In this document: positions 63,401 to 64,000 of the stretch, piece after piece
Layout of the letters: each line of letters begins with the position of its first letter
Position numbering within the stretch: the stretch's first letter is position 1
Assembly: GCA_010909165.1 (NCBI GenBank)
Contig: MU008234.1
Location: 1 to 64,000 of the forward strand
Origin: Anthoceros angustus
Lineage: Eukaryota; Plantae; Anthocerotophyta
DNA length: 64,000 nucleotides
Reading direction: 5' to 3'
The notes under the pieces: generated by a model
Databases searched by the model: none
The model's input: the letters and a program-made list of their open reading frames with translations, nothing else
What the model was told of the DNA's origin: nothing
Position numbers and translations under genes: made by a program

Positions 63401-64000
63401 GATAGTTCCATACACGCAGCAGCGTAACGGCGGAAAGAAGAAACCAGACTGATGGGGATGACGCGCTCCATGCTTTTATGGTCTCCCAATCCTTTTAATG
63501 AGGTCATGTCACAAAGAACCTACATTTTGAACCGCCTTACCTCTCGCTCGCTTCTGGTGGCACACCTTTTCAGCTCTTTTGGAATAGAAAGCCAAGTCTT
63601 TTACATCTTCGCATATTTGGTTCTCGGGCCTTTGCTTATGTGCTGCAGAGAAGAGACGCGTAAGCTTGACAATCGCCGAGACAACTTGTATTTGTAGGCT
63701 TGAAGTGACTAAGGGCTACAAGCTTCTTGATATGCAAAATATGCAGCCCGTAGTGTTACCTTTATTGAGCATTTGGTTCCATCATCACCGATTCTCCTTA
63801 TTTTACTGTGCACTTTTGGGGTTCCGCCACCAATTGTATTCGAAAATTCGGTGAGTATCCAGATGATGTTGACGGTGAGGCCGATGGTGTCATCTCCCAC
63901 CGCTCCTGATACTCCACTAGATGCAGAGCCCGATGCGAACTCCGCATGACAATGCTGAAAATTCGGATCATGAGCCTCCCACAATCCGTTAACAAGAATC
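60418..64000 (+). mobile_element. Ty1/Copia element, 5' part (runs off the window): 5' LTR 60418-60602, PBS 60603-60613, gag from ~61620, protease, integrase
   Basis: TGTTGG...CTCCACA then TGGTATCGAGC; DRFNGTRFDIWSVGMKSTLLARG; WYLDSGATAHIC; QIWHARLGHAN; GGALYYFTLTDDYSGYTWTY; VPYTQQRNG. Confidence 0.9.

Overview
This is transposon-dense eukaryotic DNA, most likely from a non-seed plant or charophyte (inference from tRNA-iMet-primed Copia elements, CACTA TnpD and non-chromoviral Gypsy). It carries many 1-2 nt indels typical of an unpolished long-read assembly, so most genes are split across frames. From left to right: a bacterial YejA-like fragment (1-658) fused to a short tandem array; a Gypsy element with ~4.4-kb protein-coding LTRs (4032-17058, cut at an N); a Copia 3' end with an antisense ORF; a partial LTR of a second Gypsy family; a Copia internal fragment; a minus-strand two-gene cassette ending in a ParB-like plus beta-class N4C/N6A DNA-methyltransferase gene (24.5-27.7 kb); a CACTA TnpD gene and a TnpA-like ORF; then a DUF7869/Sola-like transposase interrupted by a full Copia (47085-59336), which itself holds a 5.4-kb TSD-flanked Gypsy solo LTR; and the 5' part of another Copia running off the end. 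The top candidates for a new system are (1) the prokaryote-type amino-methyltransferase in a CACTA neighbourhood, (2) Gypsy families whose U3 regions encode a long conserved protein, and (3) a Copia lineage with a conserved antisense AT-hook/chromo-like ORF. All domain calls are by eye from motifs; no searches were run.
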